64,000 nucleotides of DNA from the NCBI GenBank assembly GCA_035308565.1, contig DATGGK010000207.1, forward strand, positions 149 to 64,148. The letters run 5' to 3'. Below the pieces are notes generated by a model. It did not search any database. It was given only the letters and a program-made list of their open reading frames with translations, and was not told the DNA's origin. The first letter of the stretch is position 1; every line of letters starts with the position of its first letter. The translations under genes and the position numbers were made by a program. The stretch comes from Planctomycetota bacterium (GTDB lineage Bacteria; Planctomycetota; SZUA-567; H5-PLA8). Below, piece after piece: positions 61,101 to 64,000 of this stretch.

Positions 61101-61617
61101 ACCTTCGACCTTCGGCGAGCCTGACGAAGGGAGTTTCGTCCGCTGCTGAAAATAAGACTACCATAAAGCCGAAAGATTCGAACAAAAATATCGGAATTGA
61201 GCCCGATTGGCATCGCAATGCGGGGTATTTTCACGAAAGATGCGGAATCTGCGAAAAAAGGCGGGATCTCGGAATTCGATGATTTTGACAATAGAAAACA
61301 GCTATTGAAACTTATTTGCTGCATAAATTTCGCTTTTTTTGCAAAATTTTCATCAAGATGCGCTTAAAAATGTGTTGACGGCGCGGCGCTTTTTGGCTAA
61401 TTTTCTCGCCATTCATTATGGTTGCGCATTTCTGGACATCGGGCAACGTTTTGCGCTTGGTGGCCGGATTGTTTTTTCGCCGCGCAGCCCAATTGCAAGT
61501 ACGTGAGTAGTTTTTGCTGGCGCCTATAAAAACGAATAACGTTTTGAAATCGCTTCGATTATCGGACGGACGGCTCTTTAGCCATTCTTGTGCCGCGAAG
61601 CGTGGAGGCGTGGATGC

Positions 61618-64000
61618 ATGGACCCGAGTCTGCTCCGCATGCTTGAAGACGGCAGCGACGCGTATTGGGAATGGCACGTCCCCAACGGTCAAGTCTCGTA
61701 CAACGGGGCTTGGGGCGCCATGCTCGGCTATCGGCCCGATGAGGTTCCCTCGAACATTCGCCAAGGTCTGGCGCTGGTCCATCCCGCGGATCGCATGCGT
61801 GTGTATCGCGCGGTGCGCAAGTTCATCAGAAGTGCAGCGGGGCAATCCCGCGGCGGCATCTCGCCGCGCGTTGAGCTCGAATTTCGTTTGCGCCACAAAT
61901 CCGGCGAGTGGCATTGGGTGCTGTACCGCGGTCGAGTGACCCGCTGGCTTGCCAACGGCAGTCCCGAAACACTCTTCGGCGTGCAAATCGACATACACGC
62001 GCGCAAGCTCGCACAGGACCTTGCCAAACGCTACGATTGTCTTTTCAATTCGATGAGCGAAATTGCGTGCCTTGTCAACGCCCAGCATCGCTACGAAGCC
62101 GTCAACGACGCCTGGGTGCACGCGACACAAATCGAACGCCCGCGCGTCATCGGCAAACGCATCGACGAAATCTGGGGCGCCGACAGCTACAGCGAATTGA
62201 TCCGTCCACATTTGGACGCCTGCTTCGCAGGCCAGACCGCCATTTACGACGCCTGGCTGGGCACTGACGCGCACGGCAAACGCCATTTCAACGTCTCCAT
62301 GTTTCCGTATCGCGGCACCAACGGCGGTGGCGACCACGTCACGCACGCGCTGGTCGTGCGGCGCGACACCACGTTTGAAAAGAGCGCCGAGCGCGAACTG
62401 CTGCAAGCGTGGCGCGCCGCCGAACAAGCCAGCCATGCCAAGACCTCGTTTCTGGCCAACATGAGCCACGAAATTCGCACGCCGCTCAACGCCATCGTCG
62501 GCATGAGTTTTCTGCTCAAGCAAACGCTCACGGATGGAAAGCAATCCGAATACGTCAACAAAATTGACTCCGCCGCCAATCATCTCCTGCGCATCGTCAA
62601 CGACATCCTCGATTATTCCAAAGCCGATGCGGGCGTGATCGCGCTCGAAAATGTGGAATTCAATCTCGACGACGTGCTAGCCAACCTGCTGCGTCTCACC
62701 TCGCTTCAAGCACGCCAAAAAGGTCTCGACCTGCGGCTCGATGTCAGTTCTGAAACGCCGCGCTCGCTTGTGGGCGATCCCGTGCGCACCGCGCAAGTGC
62801 TGCTTAATCTGATCGACAACGCGATTAAATTCACGCATGGCGGACAGGTGCTTGTGTCCATCGAACCTGTTCCAGCCGAGAGCAGCGGTATCCGCCTGCG
62901 TTTCACGGTTAAAGATACGGGCATCGGTATTGCCGAAACGCAATTGAAGCGCATCTTCGAACCGTTCAGCCAGGCCGACACGTCGTCCGCGCGGCGCTAC
63001 GGCGGCACGGGCTTGGGCTTGGCGCTGGTCAAACGCTTCGTCAAGTTAATGGACGGGACGATCAACATCGAAAGCGCGCCGGGCCGCGGCACGCTTGTCT
63101 CTTTCTCCGCAAAATTCGGCCGTCCGTCCACGCAAGTCACCGCCAGCGGAAAATACCGTTCGCTCAAAGCCGGCCGGCGCGCACTGGTCGTCGATAACGA
63201 TCCCGAATCGCGCGCATGGCTCACCAAATTGCTTTCCGAATTCAGCTTCGACGTGTGCAGCGTCGAGACCGGTTCAGCCGGCATCGAGGAGTTGCGCCGC
63301 GCGCGCTCTGAATCCGTGCAAGGCTTCGACCTGCTGCTGCTCGACAGCGCGCTCCCCGACATCGAATGGCCTGAAGCCGTGCAGCGCATGCGCCGCGAAC
63401 AAGCCGGTTCGCCGCAGGCGGCTCTGGTGCTCATCGTCTCCAGCAACGCCAGCGTGCACGATCTCGGCGCGGACAATGCGGGCCTCGACGGCCTGCTCCC
63501 GCGCCCCATCACGCATTCGTCGCTCTACAACATCATTGTCAACGCCGTCGCGCGCGGCGGATTGCCCAGCCATACTGAAAGCGAACCGACGGAACCCGAC
63601 ACACTGCCAGTTTCCGAGCCGATCCTGCGCGGCGCGCGCATCTTGTTGGTCGAAGACAACGAAGTCAATCAGCAGATCGCCGCCGAGATTCTGCGCCTCG
63701 CCGGCTGCGACGTCACGCTGGCCGGCAACGGGCTCGAAGCGTTGAGCGCGCTGCTCAGCGCCGATTCCGCCGTGATCGTCAAAAACATGGGGGCGGCTCA
63801 GAGCGGAAGCGCCGGCGCGGGCGCGCCGCGCAGTGCGGCAGCGGGCGGCTTTGACGCCGTGTTGATGGACTTGCAGATGCCGGGCATGGACGGCTACCGC
63901 GCCACGCGGCGCATCCGCGCCGACCGCCGTTTCGTGGCGCTGCCGATCATCGCGATGACCGCCGACGCCGTTCCCGGCGTGCGCGAAAAGTGCCTCGACG
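61618..64000 (+). CDS. hybrid sensor histidine kinase (2x PAS, HisKA, HATPase_c, two receiver domains), 3' end outside the window
   Basis: This ORF is not in the track because it has no stop. The frame from ATG 61618 reads MDPSLLRMLEDGSDAYWEWHV..., H-box SHEIRTPLN (62461-62487), N-box LLNLIDNAIKFT, G-box GTGLGLALV, REC1 RALVVDNDPE...LLLLD and REC2 ARILLVEDNEVNQ...VLMDLQMPGMDG. The minus-strand ORF 61312-62583 is its shadow. Confidence 0.9.
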   Translation, partial: MDPSLLRMLEDGSDAYWEWHVPNGQVSYNGAWGAMLGYRPDEVPSNIRQGLALVHPADRMRVYRAVRKFIRSAAGQSRGGISPRVELEFRLRHKSGEWHWVLYRGRVTRWLANGSPETLFGVQIDIHARKLAQDLAKRYDCLFNSMSEIACLVNAQHRYEAVNDAWVHATQIERPRVIGKRIDEIWGADSYSELIRPHLDACFAGQTAIYDAWLGTDAHGKRHFNVSMFPYRGTNGGGDHVTHALVVRRDTTFEKSAERELLQAWRAAEQASHAKTSFLANMSHEIRTPLNAIVGMSFLLKQTLTDGKQSEYVNKIDSAANHLLRIVNDILDYSKADAGVIALENVEFNLDDVLANLLRLTSLQARQKGLDLRLDVSSETPRSLVGDPVRTAQVLLNLIDNAIKFTHGGQVLVSIEPVPAESSGIRLRFTVKDTGIGIAETQLKRIFEPFSQADTSSARRYGGTGLGLALVKRFVKLMDGTINIESAPGRGTLVSFSAKFGRPSTQVTASGKYRSLKAGRRALVVDNDPESRAWLTKLLSEFSFDVCSVETGSAGIEELRRARSESVQGFDLLLLDSALPDIEWPEAVQRMRREQAGSPQAALVLIVSSNASVHDLGADNAGLDGLLPRPITHSSLYNIIVNAVARGGLPSHTESEPTEPDTLPVSEPILRGARILLVEDNEVNQQIAAEILRLAGCDVTLAGNGLEALSALLSADSAVIVKNMGAAQSGSAGAGAPRSAAAGGFDAVLMDLQMPGMDGYRATRRIRADRRFVALPIIAMTADAVPGVREKCLD

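Noticed and set aside
61312-62583. 423-aa minus-strand ORF, the only long ORF listed in the track for this region.
   Set aside because: The plus strand carries an unterminated ORF from 61618 with PAS, H-box (SHEIRTPLN), HATPase and two REC domains. The listed ORF is its antisense shadow.
1-64000. tRNA, rRNA, tmRNA, integrase, transposase or prophage structural genes.
   Set aside because: I found no T-loop-like GGTTCGAAxCC in an intergenic context; the only ggttcgaa lies inside the NUDIX CDS. I saw no rRNA-like conserved blocks and no ORF with integrase or transposase motifs. This was a by-eye scan, so small ncRNAs could have been missed.

Overview
High-GC chromosomal segment, judged by eye and not computed. 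The gene content points to a PVC-superphylum bacterium (Verrucomicrobiota or Planctomycetota). Hallmarks are a PSCyt-type cytochrome c protein, a TIGR02604/02603-type 'membrane-bound dehydrogenase + HEAT + CxxCH' protein, a DUF1592/DUF1588 + DUF1552 gene pair, a DUF1080 protein, and many large exported proteins. I call about 48 protein genes. They include an amino-acid ABC transporter operon, trpE, trmB, an SNF2 helicase, a CPA2 antiporter, a RelE/ParE-type toxin-antitoxin pair, a 1999-aa PDZ/LamG/Ig surface protein, and a 3'-truncated hybrid histidine kinase. I found no rRNA, tRNA, CRISPR array, integrase or transposase by eye. The most unusual content is non-genic structure. At least three families of palindromic REP-like elements occur in intergenic DNA and also in frame inside long ORFs: three separate copies in the SNF2 gene, one in a beta-helix protein gene and one in the DUF1592 gene. 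Same-family copies also bracket two gene cassettes. A separate class of hairpins is built from tandem short 'words', with a different word at each locus. Other leads: (1) a secreted haem protein followed by two tandemly duplicated exported proteins of no recognisable family; (2) an ABC permease whose conserved first TM helix lies upstream of its only canonical start codon and abuts the stop of the binding-protein gene; (3) a compositionally atypical islet encoding a Rep-like/XRE-HTH protein and a low-GC membrane protein; (4) a small CDCE-motif gene wedged into the DUF1592-DUF1552 pair. All family assignments come from motif recognition by eye and memory. No database search was run.
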